From contig JBNRSN020000089.1 of assembly GCA_051313645.2 (NCBI GenBank), positions 1,488,001-1,552,000 of the forward strand: 64,000 nucleotides of DNA, read 5' to 3'. Each line of letters begins with the position of its first letter. Position 1 is the first letter of the stretch. Below are positions 1 through 13,330 of the stretch, in pieces. This stretch comes from Centroscyllium fabricii (lineage: Eukaryota). The notes below the pieces were generated by a model, which ran no database searches, was not told where the DNA came from, and saw only the letters and a list, made by a program, of their open reading frames with translations. The position numbers were made by a program, and so were the translations under genes.

Positions 1-3000
1 ATGTCGGTGGGCACGCCGAAACGGGCGACCCAAGTCGCGATGAACGCCCTGGCTAAGTCCGTGGTGTTGGTAGCAACCAGTGGGACTGCTTCTGGCCAGC
101 GAGTGTTGCGGTCGACCATGGTCATGACGTGTGTGTGTGGCCCCGGGATGGCGGCAGTGGTCTGACGAGATCGACATGGACGTGGTCGAAGCGCCTGGCC
201 GGCACGGTAAACGTTTCCAGCGGGGCTTTGATGTGCTTGTGCACTTTGGCCCGCTGGCAGGCAATGCAGGCGTTGGTCCAGGCGCGGTCATCTTTGCGTA
301 GGCCGCGCCACACAAAACGGGCCGAAATAAGTTTAATGGAGGCGCGGGTGCCGGGGTGGGACAGGCCATGGAGGGTCTCGAAAATGCGCCGCCTCCATGC
401 GTGGGGGACGACGGGTCTGGGCTGCGGTAACGATACGTCGCAGCAGACTACGGTGGCCGCGGGGCCTTGTGCGATGTTGGCCAAGCGTAGGCCAGGGAGG
501 TTTTCTGCTGGGTCGAGCAGGTCTGGGTCTGCCAGCTGGTCTGCTGCCAGCTTGGCGTAATCGACCGCCATTTGGGCGGCGTTAATGGTGGGACGTGACA
601 GGCAGTCAGCAACCACGTTGTCGCGGCCGGAGATGTGCTGGATGTCGGTAGTAAATTCCGACACGGCTGCGAGTTGGCGCTGCTGCCTGGCCGACCAGGG
701 TTCGGAGATCTTAGCCATTGCGAATGTCAGCGGCTTATGATCCACGAAAGCTGTGAAGGGACGGCCCTCCAGGAGGAAGCGAAAATGGCACACAGCGAGG
801 TAGAGAGCGAGGAGCTCCCTGTCGAAGGCGCTGTACTTGACCTCCGGGGGCCGTAGGTGCCGGCTGAAAAAGGCCAGGGGCTGCCAAGAGTTGCCCGCCC
901 ACTGTTCGAAAACGGCCCCGACAGCGTGGTCGGAGGCATCAGTGGTGAGGGCCACTCTGGCGTTGGGCCTAGGGTGGGCTAGGAGGGTGGCGTTGGCCAG
1001 GGCTGTCTTGGTTGCGGTAAACGCGGTGGCGGCGTCGGCCGTCCACTCGACCGCAGTTTTGCCGGACTGCCCGCGTGTGGCCTGGTATAGGGGAGCCATG
1101 AGAGCGGCTGCACCTGGGATGAAGCGGTTATAAAAATTAACCATCCCGAGGAACTCCTGCAGGCCCTTAATGGAGTGCGGGCGGGGGAATTCCTGAACTG
1201 CCTGCACTTTGGAGGGCAGGGGTATGGCCCCGGTTTTGGAAATGCGGTGGCCCAGGAAGTCTATAATTTCTAGGCCGAATTTGCATTTAGAGGGGCTTAA
1301 TATGAGACCGTGTTCGGTCAGGCGCTGGAACAGGGTCCTGAGATGCAGGAGGTGCTCCTGGGGGGAGGTGCTGGCCACGAGGATGTCGTCTAAGTAGACG
1401 AAAATGAACTGCAAGTCCCGCAGGACTGAGTCCATTAGGCGCTGAAAGACCTGGCCGCGTTTTTGAGTCCAAAGGGCATCCTGAGGAACTCGAACAGGCC
1501 GAAGGGGGTAATTACGGCTGTCTAAGGGACATCCGCCGGGTGCACCGGGACCTGGTGGTAGCCACGCACCAGGTCGATCTTGGAGAAGATCGTGCAGCCC
1601 GCTAGCCTGGCGGAGAAATCCTGGATGTGGGGTACGGTGGCGTTGTTGAGGCGGCGGTAGTCGCCGCAGGGGCGCCAACCCCCGCCTGGCTTGGGGGCGA
1701 TGTGGAGGGGAGAGGCCCAGGGGCTGCTGGAGCGGCGGATTATGCCGAGTTGCTCCATGGTGCCGAACTCGGTGCGCGCAATCTCCAGCTTGGCCGGGTC
1801 CAGCCTGCGGGTGTGGGCATGCACGGGAGGGCCGGTGGTGGTGATAAAGTATTCCACCCCGTGTTTGGCCGTGCGGGCAGTGAAGGTGGAATTGGTAAGG
1901 GCTGGGAACTCAGCGAGGAGCGAGCCGTACGCATTGGAGTTCCGGGCGCGGCATTGTGCCGCCGCGTGGGCCAGGAGTGCCGGCCCTGTGGATCATGGGA
2001 TGGTCGACATATTTTGAATGTCGACCAGGCGGCGCCGGGTCATGTCAACCAGGAGGCCGTGGGCGCAGAGGAAATCTGCCCCGAGGAGGGGTGATGTGAC
2101 CTGGGCCGTGACAAACTCCCATTGGTACGTGTGGCCAGCAAGCTGGATTGTTAGCTTGCGGGTGCCGTACGTTTTGATATCCGAGCCATTGGCAGCCGTG
2201 AGTGGCGGGCCCCGGGTGCCTTTTTTGGCTTCTGCGGGGGAGGCTGGCACGATGCTGTGCTGTGCGCCTGTGTCGCAGAGGAACCGGAGGCCTGTGCTGC
2301 TGTCTGTGACGTAGAGCAGGGCTCCGGTGTGGCCTACAGACATGGTGGGGGCTGGGCCGGGCTGTGGCTTGAACGTGCAGGGCAGGACGCAGCGGTCCGC
2401 TTTAGTGCCGAACCGCGCGTGGTAGTAGCAGTGACCGGTGCTTGGTGCACACGGTTGCTTGGGAGGGCGCGGGGGCCTGGGTTCAGGCATTGGGTTGGAC
2501 CTGGGAGGCGAGTGGGTGGGCTCGACTGCCGCGGCAGTGAGGTTGCACGTGGCGGAGCGGGTGCGCTCGGCCGCCATGAGCCTGTCGGCTTCCTCGGCTA
2601 GCTCGTTCCCGCTCCGGTGGCAGAAGGCCGCCAGGGCCGGTCTGATGGAGGGGGGCAGCTTAAGGAGGAATATGGTGCGGAACAGGGAGGCGGGATCGGC
2701 GGTGAGCGCTTACATTTGGCCCCAAAGGTCTGATGGGTCTGCGTCCCCGAGTTCGTGGAGGTTAAGGAGTTGGCAGTCGCGCTCGAACTGGGAGGGGGTG
2801 AATTTTTTAAGTAGCGCGGCCGTGATAAATTCATACCTGCCTGCTGCGGGCACGCGCTGTAGCTTCGACCACGTCCGATCGATCGTCGATTGCGGTAGGG
2901 CCGAGAAGACCAGGTCATAGCGGTCGTCCCCCTGGATGCCATGTGTGCGGCAGCTGGTCTCTATACACATAAACCACGCTGCCGGGCGTTGCTCCCAGAA

Positions 3001-3075
3001 CTCCGGTAGAGTTAGTCTGTGCCCGGGGTTCTGGCCAAGTCCTTGTGATCGAGAAGCTTGGTTTCTGGAAGTCAT
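1..3075 (-). pseudogene. Disrupted gag-pol of the CsRn1-like element
   Basis: ORFs 2710..3075, 1993..2577 and 1522..1857 share one frame and are separated by single stops (TAA at 2710, TGA at 1993). Frameshifts in RT lead to ORF 122..1678. A GT run near 129-140 shifts the integrase frame. Confidence 0.88.
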
Positions 3076-3152
3076 GTTGTTTTTGAAAGTGTTCTGAGGC
3101 TGCTTGGTTTTCAGTCCTGTAGCTGCTGTTTTCTCCTTGGAAGACGTTCCAA

Positions 3153-3165
3153 GTCGTGGTCACCA
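3153..3165 (-). promoter_or_regulatory. Primer-binding site, tRNA-Trp type
   Basis: Minus strand TGGTGACCACGAC starts 1 nt after the LTR. It has one mismatch to the canonical tRNA-Trp PBS TGGTGACCCCGAC. Confidence 0.85.
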
Positions 3166-3166
3166 C

Positions 3167-3404
3167 TGTAGCGCTTGCAGGACCCAAGAACCACACAGGA
3201 GCCGGAGAGACAGATAACACTTGTTTAATTAACACTACATAGCAAGAAAGAGACTGAACCACGAGGAGCAGGCTTATTTAAACTACCCGCCGCTTGTGAC
3301 CTCATCACGCCGAGAGACGTGGTGACGTCATCGCGTCACCCGGTGGGTGGGGCTATGCCCCGCAGTACTCCCGAGGCGGATTCGCCAGCCGGCGTACCGC
3401 CACA
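3167..3404 (-). repeat. 5' LTR (238 bp) of the CsRn1-like element
   Basis: Minus strand starts TGTGGCG and ends CGCTACA (TG..CA, imperfect terminal inverted repeat). It has a TATA-like TTTAAATAA and an ATTAAA signal, and abuts the PBS. Confidence 0.85.
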
Positions 3405-3991
3405 TTACCAATTTTAAAAATGGACCCACGGGTCCAATTCCTCCCCGAGCCCACAATCTCCTGCCGTTTCAGCCTGCGCACTGGGCCGCCAACACGGCAA
3501 TGCGCATGCGCATATGATCTGTGCATGCGCACTGGGCACCATCGGAAAACCGAAAAATCCCGAAAACCGAGACCCGCCCGGTCCCACGGGTTTCGGAGAA
3601 GGGATTCTGTACCTGTACTTTAAAGAAAGGTAAGTTCATTTTTAGCCCCGTTAGGGAAAATAATTAATTTTTTCAAAAATTAAAATTATTGTTTAATATA
3701 GTTGTTTCATGTAATTTATAGTTATTTCACAAACGTAATGTTTTTTGTTAAATGTATTTGAAGTTTCAGTGATGTTTTGGGGCTTGTAGTTTTCATAGTT
3801 TTGACAGCTCTTCCTGTGAAACTTATGAATGGAGCATTCTCTGCTCCGATTGGCTCTCCATGGCCCATGTGATCCCAGGGGACGCATCGCACTAACTGCG
3901 CCGTTGGGATACGCGAACACAGCGCGCCGGCAGTTGAAGCAGGCCCTGGATCGGAATTCCACGGGAAGCCTTCGATCCGAATTTCTGGGCC
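3405..3991. mobile_element. Probable right portion of a non-autonomous PIF/Harbinger-like element interrupted by the Gypsy
   Basis: CpG-rich segments end in GAATTTCTGGGCC, resembling the GG..AAATT termini of other Harbinger-type elements here. The partner TIR is not in the window. Confidence 0.35.
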
Positions 3992-4654
3992 AGTAACTTT
4001 AGAAAAATACCATCAGAAGTTGTTCTTTTTAGTTTATGTCTTGCTGATAGTATCGCATCTTGTTCTGGTTCAAAATATAACCCAAATTTTTAATAAAGAA
4101 ATTAATTGTTAATCTGTTAATGAATATCCAGTTAATGTGGTGGGTTATGGTACATAGTAAGACATTACATTCAGATTCTCTAAATTGACCTGCAGTCTGT
4201 GAAGAATATGTGAAGTTTTCTATCTCTACTGGAAGTGGTTGCTAAATCGACCAAATATGCAATTTTATTTGTGATAATATTTTTGCAATCACTGCGACAT
4301 AAACAATTTAGAAAACTGAAACAATTTGTCAGAATTGAACAACATCCTTTTGTCACTGATCGTGGGCCCAGTACCTGGAGCAGTTAAATATTGAATTTCC
4401 GTTCACAAACCCCCAGCTACAATGGACATGTCCATCTTTACAGCCCTCAGTGGGTATACTTTGATGGTTCTTGGTTGGGCCAGTAGTTGGAGTGCCTCAT
4501 AAATGTGGGATGTTTTATTTTGCAGGAGGAGATTGGGCAACTCTGTGGCAAATCATGGCTCTTATTAGGTGATTACATAGCAACATTAATAGTCGCTGTG
4601 GAGAAATCAATTTTGCAGACTGTTGATGCTGTGGTCAGACAGCATGCAGTCAGT

Positions 4655-6860
4655 GGCAGCAAAATTCAGCTCCATGTTACCTGTTGTTTGGGCGCCATGG
4701 GTGCTGTTTTGCTTCTAAAATGGTGTCCATGGCACGCATGCACAATTCTGGCGCAGGCCCTGCCGGACGCAATCTTAGTGTGGGGGCAGGGCGCATGTAC
4801 CGGAAGTATGCAGAGTAGGCAGATTGTGACATCACAGGCTGATTTGATGCCAGCGCTGCCCGTTCGGAGCTCCAAGCTCCAGCTAACGCCTTCTCTTAAG
4901 CTCGCACAGCTTAACACGCGTTCAGCAGCAGGAAGAAAACCCACCAGTACTATTTAAAGGGATCATCTAATTGCAAGTTAGTTGCTGGTTGATTTCTACT
5001 GGCTGTTGCTGAGTTTGGTGGTTTGTACAGTTTGGTGGTTTGTACAGTTATTTAAAGTTGCTAACGTCTACAGGGAGTGGTGAGGCGGTGCTGAAGGACT
5101 TTGTTTTAAATTGAAGAATTCTCCACAGACCACTTGCTCCCAGACATGGGTGCTCTTGTAGGTATTCCACTTGGCCTATAGTATGACAGGGAGAATGAGC
5201 AGAGGCGACACAGAGCAGGACAAGCTGCTGGAAGAGGGAGGAAGAGGGGGAGAAGGGTCTCAGCAGGAGGCCATATCCACCCAAGTTGTTCAGGGAGCAA
5301 TACTCCAACCTGACCCTCAGCGAGGAACAGTGTGTCAGACCTCTGTGCTTCACCAAGCACATCCTCACTGCCACCTGCTGCAGCCACTCCTGCAACCTCA
5401 GAGCAGGGCGAGGACCCTTTGCCAGTGGCTGTGAAGGTCACGGTGACCATGACTTTTTATGCGTTGGGCTCGTTCTAGGTTGGAGCAGAAGATATTTGCA
5501 ACATCTCGGAGTTTGCTGTGCTCTGTTGTATACAGGACGTAGATGAGACTCTGTATGTGAGGCTCTGTATGTGAAGAGAGCTGACTACATTTTCAGCGAC
5601 CAACAGGCAGAGCGAGCACGCGGCTTCGTGAGGATAGCGGGCTTCCCCATGATGCAGGGTGCCATTGACTGCACACATCGCTGCGATGTACCGCAACTGT
5701 AAGGGATTCCACTCCCTCAGCATTCAGCTGGTGTGCCACCACACTCAGTGAATCATGCAGATCAATGCCCGTGATCCTAGCAGCAGTCATGATGCCTTCA
5801 TTCTGCGGCGGTCCGCTGTCCCATCTGCATTTGAGGCAGCACGTCAAACCAGAGGGTAGCTACTGGGCGACAAGGGCTATCCGCTGACCACCTGGCTCAT
5901 GACTCCAGTGTGCAACCCACGCACATGTGCGCAGCATACATACGATGAAAGCCATACTGCCACACAAAATATCATGAAGCAGACCGTTGGCGTGCTGAAG
6001 CAACGCTTCCACTGCCTGGACTGCTCTGGAGGAGTCCAACAGTATTCAGCAGAGCGGGTGTCGAGATTTGTGGTGGTCTGCTGCATGCTGCACAACCTCC
6101 CCATCATGAGGACACTGCCCTTGCCACCAGCCATACGGCAACCAGCCCAGGAAGAGGAAAGGAGGAGGCAACCCAGACAGCCTCTTTCTGGCCGGGCTCT
6201 CCGTGACCGACTCACCCGACTGCGATACCAGTAAACACGATCCCACTTCCATGTTCACCAACAGTCCCATGCCTTTCCTTCTTTCTGTCACTGACCATCA
6301 CAGCGTATGCTTGGTTACAATGCAAAAATAAAAGCCAACACAAAATAAGCATTCCAAACCAAATTTCTAAATTAAATCATGTCATATTGCATACAAACGT
6401 CAACTAATCACCCTTGTTCATTCCCTTAGTGCCTGTTTTCCGTGTGCCTTTGCCTGTCCCAGTGCTCTTATGAAGTGCTCCCCCAGTGGCTGCAGCATGG
6501 CTGGTGGAAGGCTGCTGAGCTTTCAGTGGAGGACACTGCAGATGGCCTTGCAGGACGACCTCGAGCAGTTCTGGCCTAGTAGGCCCGGCTTCGGACTGCA
6601 CCATCTTGGCATGGGTGGCAGCAGCCTGAGCTGACGGGCAACAGCAAGGGCACTGGCGGAGTGCAGGGGTGGGAGGATGAATGCTGTCATCCTGAGCGAG
6701 GACAGCAGGTTCGTGCTCCACGGCGCCACTGCCACTCCCCTAGGGTGACGCCTCAGCAGTCCTTGTAATCTGTTGGAGAACAGATTGCTGGACTGCTGCG
6801 ACACCCTGGTCGATGTCTCAGCCTCTCCATCTGGCTGGCTGCGAGTGGGAAACATAGGCT
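4655..6860. mobile_element. Decayed autonomous PIF/Harbinger DNA transposon
   Basis: HARBI1-like transposase remnant on +, with a probable convergent second gene (Myb/SANT partner) on - at about 6404-6830. A TIR-like GGCAGCAAAATTCAGC lies at about 4655; the right boundary is uncertain. Confidence 0.7.
5146..6234 (+). pseudogene. Harbinger (HARBI1-like DDE) transposase pseudogene
   Basis: ATG at 5146. Motifs include [23 protein letters not shown] and [12 protein letters not shown]...VCCMLHN. Multiple stops and frameshifts; TAA at 6232-6234. Confidence 0.88.
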
Positions 6861-6949
6861 TCAAATGTAAATCAGGCCTTGGTGTTAAATTCGGCAGGGC
6901 CGACAGGAAACCCGTTTTCCCGGGTTTCCTGACTGCTTCTGGTTTAATG

Positions 6950-7106
6950 TTTCACCTGAAAGACGGCACCTCCGGCAGTGCGGAACTCCCTCGGTACTGC
7001 ACTGGAGTGTCAGCCGAGATTATGTACCAAAGTCTCTGGAGTGGGGTTTGAACCCACAACTTTCTGACTCCGAGGTGAGAGTGCTGCCCACTAGCCACAG
7101 CTGACA
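6950..7106 (-). mobile_element. tRNA-derived SINE 5' fragment with start of a Deu-like domain (DeuSINE/SacSINE1-like)
   Basis: Minus strand has A-box-like TGGCTAGTGG and B-box GGTTCAAACCC, followed by GGAGGTGCCGTCTTTC as I recall from DeuSINEs. Confidence 0.62.
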
Positions 7107-9130
7107 TCTAGACTTGCACTTGAGCAATAGCCACATGGGTGAGGTATAGTCGTGCTACCGGCATTCGTGGGAACTGTGGGTTCTTGTTTAAGTGTGTCTT
7201 TAGGTTTCTGTTGGTTCAAGGGTTAACTGTTGCTTAGTGCTTTAGAATATCATTTTTATAAGTTATAGAACTGTTGACTGCAGACCCTCACCAGGAAATG
7301 AAAATATTTTGTGTACTTCAACTTTTTATTTTATATTAAACTTAATGCTAGAGGTTCTACATTATTTCTCAAGAAACTGATTTAAAAACTGAATATCAGA
7401 TTTAGTCAATAGAGTAATTAAAACCATCCCTTTCCTCTTCTGTCCCAAACTTACAGATGGTTAGATTTTTAATGCAGGAGATGATATCACCATGCTTACG
7501 ATAGGAAATTAATGGTTGAAAAGGAAGCCAAATTCAATTTCAGCCAGATATCTTGGGGATAAGTTCGTGAGCAGCATGGAAGCAGGGAGTTGAGCAGTTT
7601 GCCCATGAGGAAGGAGGATGTATTATTCACTGCAAGTCTATCAATAGTTTCATTAATACAGCCAGTCACAGCAAGATTAGGTAGCTGCTGAACAACCAGA
7701 ATCTTGAACTTGGGGAAGGGTGTTTTTAGTCAGTTCATCACTGATAAATGTTCTTGTTACTGAAACAGTCACAACAAGTTTAGAATGGGGACTTGGGGCT
7801 TATGCTTGTGTGGCATTTGAGCACTTTAGAACCTTAATTGAAAATTTGACACTTTGCCAGTTTGACTTTGTGAGTATGGAAGCTTTTATCCCTTTTCATT
7901 TACAAAAAGAATATTGGATTTATTTGTAAATATGACCAACCCGACATTCATTTTGTAAACTGAAGTTAGTAAGTGCCTAGACCCAGAATTCACCCAAACA
8001 AGGCCTGAGACATGGACCAAATTTGCGGAGAAGATGAATGTGTAATTTCAGCAATCAAATCCTGTGCAGACCCCACTGTCCCTTCCAGTGTGCCCCTCTG
8101 TGCACTGGTTCCCTGCTTTCATTAGCTGTCAGAGTGGGAAAAGCTGCATGTGTGCAGGATTCTCATTCCCCCCTTGCTCGTTCTTTTCAAGAGGGTCTTC
8201 CTGCTAGTTTTCACACAACTGGGGGAAAACTGCTGAAGATGTTAGTAGATAACACAGTGGTGGGGAAAATCATTCCTCTGCCACTTCCTCTGACATCTTG
8301 TGAGACTGGCACTCATGTAAACAAGTTGGCTTAATAAGAGCTGGGATAATGGACATCAGTTTTAACTGCGTAAGAAAGTCCTGCTCCAACTACAGTTCAC
8401 GTAGGGTCAAAGAGGCTGAGGGGATCCACAAATCTTTCAAGCTTACCTTTTAATTGCAGCATATCTCGTTCTTGCTTACTATCTTCCCTTCATGTCCATT
8501 CTTACCTGTTCAGCTCTTTCTCGCACTTCCTTTGATCTGTCAGATTCAAGTCTTTGGACCCTGTCACATGCCATGGCCAAGGTTCTAGTGTGTACCAGGC
8601 ATTGTCCATCTGCATTTAAATAAAGCACTACAGTTACTCCTTTCACTAGAGTAACGTCGGTGAAATGTATAACCTACCCTGAAAGACCGAATACTAATTA
8701 TCCTTTTACCTGAAGGTATCCTTAAGATGACGCACATTTAGCCCATGTCCAATATCCAGTTCTTGTGCAAAGCCTCCTCAAATCCTTGCTAACTGATGAT
8801 GCGGTACGCCTTACTGACACTTGATACACTACTTGACCAAAGATGTTTCAGGCTCCTAATGGAATTGAAATGTGCCCAAGGTCCTACCTTGTCAGATCTC
8901 TGATTCAGCCACTCCATTTTAGGAAGGCTCTCAGTACACAGCAATGTCACTGACATTTTAATCTTGTCACAGAAAATGCCATAAGAGTTCAACTTAAAAA
9001 AAAATTTTTTTTCGTAATACCATGAAGAAAGCTTTACAACAAAAAACCTACTCTGTTTGCTGGTCATTTTGGCTCATACCATAGTAACCAAAATATTAAT
9101 TTAGAATGGAGAAGCACAATAATCTAAAAT

Positions 9131-10260
9131 GCAATAACAACAACATAAATTTATATAGCCTTTAATGTAGAAAAATGTCCCACGGCATTTTCACAGGTAT
9201 GTCCTCAGACATAAATGGATGCTGAGCCAACTAATGAGATGTTGGGGCTAACCAAAAACTCGGTCAAAGAAGTAGGTTTTCAGGAGGGTCTTAAAGGAGG
9301 TGAAGGGGATTAAGCTAAGAATTTTGGAGTGTGGAGCCTAGGTGGCTGAAGGCACGAGGCATGGCTGCTAATGGTGGGTCGAAGAGGATGTGGGAGGTGC
9401 TTAAAAGGCCAGAGTCGGAGAGTTCAGAGGGGTGAGGGGGCGGGTGGGGGGTGGATGTCGTTTGGGGAATTTACAGAAATAGCAAGGGGCAAGGCCACGA
9501 AGGGAATAAATTGGAGGCGTTGGGGGACTGAGAGCCAATGTCAGCCAGTAAAGACAGGCGTGATGGATGGGAGCTTGGTTGGAGATTTGATATGGGCGAG
9601 TTTTGGATGAGCTGAAATTTATGGTGGATGGGGAATAGGAGGCTAGCTAGGAGAGCACTAGCCAGGAGAACATCTGGAGGTGAAAGAGGCATGGGTGAGA
9701 GTTTGAGCAGCAAATGGGCTGAGGTGACGGCTGAGGCAGATAATGTGGTGGTGGTGGTGGAAGTAGATGGTCTTTGTGATGGCGAGGATATGGTGTTGGT
9801 GGAAAGGGTCCAAAGTCGATGGCTTTGGTCTTCCCAGTGTTTAACCGGACGAAACTGTGGCTCATCCAGGACTTGGATGTCGGAGAATGGGGTGATACAG
9901 GTTAGAGCTGTACATCACTAGTGCGCATGTGGAAGCTGACCCTATGTCTGGGAATGATGTCGCCAAGGAGCAACAAGTAGATGAGGAAGAGGAGGGGGGT
10001 GGGGTGGGGGCAAGGATAGATTATTGGATGTGCTCTGGAGGTAATGGTGTGGGGGCAGAAAGAGAAGCTACCACTGGTGATGCTCTGGCTACGATTTAAT
10101 AGTAAAGACTGGAACCAAGGGAGGGCAGTTGCACTGAGCAGGACAGCGGAGGAGAGGCATTTGAGAAGAATGGTATGGTCAACCCTGTCAAAGGCTGCAG
10201 AGAGGATGAGGTGGGAAAATGCGCAATGGTCCAAGTCACAGACAATGTCATTTGTGGCTC
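9131..10260 (-). mobile_element. Old L2-clade LINE 3' fragment
   Basis: Minus ORF 9902..10234 reads SAAFDRVDHTILL...ALPWFQS.L.NRSQ; LNTGKTKAI is downstream. The 3' end resembles the L2 tail (TAAAGGCTATATAAAT followed by TGT repeats). Confidence 0.72.
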
Positions 10261-11356
10261 ACTTCAACTGTTTGTTTTGTGGTTTCAAGTGGTCCTTTCA
10301 AAGTCTGACTCACACGGCTATGTAAACATAGGAACAAAGGCAACACTTCAGATCTGTCAATCAAGCTTAGTGAGTTCTTACTACTTAGGCCTGTCAATCA
10401 ACAGCCCGCCCAACTCAAACTGTGAATGTGAAGGGCTTTGCTCCCACCCATTAGTGTGTATTGGGAGCCCGACAGTTCGGCGGGGATTTAATTAGCCACT
10501 TGAGCCAAAATCTCTCGGGCCTCCCAGGTCCTTGGGCGGGCGGGACAGAAAACTGACCTGCCCAAAACTCGCCAGCTTCCCACAGCTTTAAAAAAATTCC
10601 CCTCATGGATTCAGAACCAGGTCAAGAGGGAGGCTGGAAGGATGTTTGCTTTGGTGGGCAAGAGGAAGGGGGTGGGTGAAGCTGTATGGATCATCTCAAT
10701 CTTAATGACCAAGAAATCCTTGAGCTCCTTGGAGGTAATGATGGAAGGTAGAGGGGAGAGCAGATAGTGGAGACAAGAATCGGGTTATCTTTACTCTCCA
10801 GAATGATCCTGGAAGAGTTGTTTGGCAGAGGAGTGTAAGTAACGGATGTTTGCATTTGAAAGCTCGTGTTATTCTGTGCAGAGTTCCTATGACTCTTTTC
10901 TGTACAACAGATATAATCTTTCTGTACACTGCAATAGATGAACTCAGCAGATACGATCTGTGCTGGTTATAACCCCTTGATTTTAAAGAATGTAGATACA
11001 TTTCTTCGATAGCAAATGTAATCCAATTACTTTTATTTTTACAAAGAAATACAGATTTCGACCAGATGTGCACTTTCAAGATTCTCGAGTACAGTGTATG
11101 TAAAGACATGTTCTTTCTGCACGGAGACAATGGCTATAACCTTATAGTTCTCAGACACTTAGCAATGATTTTGTTCTGTTTAACTGTTCCACATGGTAAC
11201 AGTATATCGTGAAACTCATTAAAGTGGTCTCTCTTGTAATATAGTTCTGGTTATGATATGACTGATGTTCAGTTCTCCATGACTGATGCGCAGTTCTCCA
11301 AGTTAAATGCAGTGTTCGGCGTCCTCTCGATAGAGCTGTAAGACCTGTTAATAGTA

Positions 11357-11580
11357 AGACCTGAGAGATCTCCTGGACAAGTTTCGATCGCCTAGATTGG
11401 GGTCGGAGATTTTATCCGTTTTTTTGCCTCTCCCAGGAGATCACATGGTTTTTCGGGTGGGATGAAGGGTGATAGTGGGAAGAAGGTTAGGGTTGGATCA
11501 GCCATGATCTTATTGAATGGCAGAGCGGGCTCGAGGGGCCGATTGGCCTACTCCGGCTCCTATTTCTTATGTTCTTATGT
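11357..11580 (+). mobile_element. Short retroposon ending in a CR1/HER1-type 3' tail
   Basis: GATCAGCCATGATCTTATTGAATGGC...GGCCTACTCC..CCTATTTCTTATGTTCTTATG matches the tails of the CR1 copies at about 21570-21650 and 60300-60387. Confidence 0.7.
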
Positions 11581-12216
11581 CTTGTTTTGTGGATAGTGGT
11601 GGTGGAAACCCTGTGATTTAATTAGGACAAAGATCAGGTATATTTATTTAGTTGATAGTTTGATATTATTATCCTTGTCATCTAAATTTTGCCCTCCAGT
11701 GAGCTCCCCACTCCTCCTGAAGGTGTGACTCCTTTTTACACTGTTATGGTTCAACAGGCGATAGTTATCCATGGAACCTTGTTCTTGACATAATTAATTT
11801 TTGTGTGCCAACAACCAATTCCAGTCCTTTACTTACCTGGTGCCCATCCAAATGGATTTCTATCATGGCTTACTGTGATAACGAGCTGTGAGCCACTTTT
11901 TTCATTCTCCAAACCAGGAGAACTGGTTTCTTAATCCGCTGAGAATTAACTCTGGGACCTTGCTAGCTGATATGACTTTGAGACAGAGACGTTTGGGGAG
12001 AGATTAATTATCTATTATATGCATTGTAATAGTATGCAAGGCACGTGTTCCACTGAACACTCCTATGTAAACCAACTGTTATGAGAAATCTCATTATAAA
12101 AGTGTCCACATTTTTTGCAATTACCCGTGATGCCTTTAGGTAGCCCTGTGATAGGACTTCCAGTGTTAAAAATGTCACATAACATTCACTATTTCAGTAA
12201 GTGTCCCACTTGTATC

Positions 12217-12353
12217 CAATGTTCTCTTTAAGCTGCCGTGCAAGGCTCTGCAGCTCCCGCGCAGCCGGCTCACCGGCCTTTAAATAGGAAAAACCACGCA
12301 CGCGCAGTTTTGAAGGGGCCGCGCATGGCAAAAAAAACTTAAAGGGAACATTG
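12217..12353. mobile_element. hAT-superfamily MITE (137 bp)
   Basis: TIRs CAATGTTCTCTTTAAG / CTTAAAGGGAACATTG. Perfect 8-bp TSD CTTGTATC at 12209-12216 and 12354-12361. Confidence 0.92.
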
Positions 12354-13330
12354 CTTGTATCTATTTATTTTCTTACATATCACTCAAAATGTTTTCAGAA
12401 ACCATTTTCATAAGCCATTTTTTCTCAGCAGCTGAAATTTCTTTTGTTCAAAATGAATTTAAATAAAATTTAAAAAAATATGTAATTCACAATAACATCA
12501 TTTAGTTTACCTGCTGAATTGTCTTTTGAGTATTTAGATACTTCCAGCATTTTTGTCTTGTAATCTTCACCTTCTCCCAGAAGCCTGGTCTGGGATTGAT
12601 CCGTTTTCCCAGAGCGATGTTGTTAGCTGATGGTGTAGTTTGTGCTTTCCTAGGAAGCAATGTGGGTTTAACTGGTGGAATATTGTTACTTACTTTCTAG
12701 CTTGCAGCTGTAAATGAGAGAGGAAGGAGGAAAGAGCTTCTCTCTCTCGCCTCCCTCTCCCATTAACAGCTGCAAGAACATCGAAACATTTGAATTCCTA
12801 TCAGCAAAACACAGGTGATAATTAGAGCTTTCAAAATTCAACATATTTCTTTTTGTGCGAGAAAAAAACCCAAAACAAAACCCCAGATTCAATGTTTGTA
12901 GAGATCCCTTAGAAAATCACAAACAAGTGCTGCAAGACATGTGATCCCCCCACTCTACTGTCAGGCACGTCCCCATCTCCTCTCTGCTGAGACCTGGAAC
13001 CCACCAGAGAGCCGAACTTCACATTCCAAGCCGAGTTCTGCAAAACTCCAGGGTCCCCCTCCAAGGAATTGGCCATGTATTCAAACCGCAGGACAACCCA
13101 CAGGATTTATTCTTGATTCTCAGTCCCTTTCTAAATATGAGTGGTAGGATATTCAAAGTCCAGAAAATCCCAGTAAACCCTTTGTGGGATATAAAAGAAA
13201 ACAGTATTGATTAATAAGGCTCCCACAGTGGTAAGAATTTAAAGATGAAACACGATCAGTTAAAAGTTACTTATAAAAAGTTGGCTTAGTTCTTAAGAGT
13301 TGCAATCTTTTTATTAGTTTGTCCATTCAA

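Larger units (their letters stand above)
1..3404 (-). mobile_element. Ty3/Gypsy LTR retrotransposon, CsRn1 clade; 3' part runs off the left edge of the window
   Basis: 5' LTR at 3167-3404 and tRNA-Trp-type PBS. Gag has the CHCC motif CYYHARFGTKADRCVLPC (Cx2Hx9Cx3C). Protease LCDTGA, RT YLDD, RNase H TDAS and integrase HGLSHPG...CIAC occur in Gypsy order. Confidence 0.93.

Noticed and set aside
129-2920. Numerous + strand ORFs over the first Gypsy (and antisense ORFs over the CR1s and the second Gypsy)
   Set aside because: They are shadow ORFs of GC-rich retroelement coding sequence with no recognisable domains.
5146-6234. Domesticated host HARBI1 gene
   Set aside because: It has multiple stops and frameshifts and sits within a transposon-like context, so it is a decayed Harbinger copy.
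7030-7106. tRNA gene on the minus strand
   Set aside because: A/B boxes are present, but there is no convincing cloverleaf and it continues into SINE body sequence.
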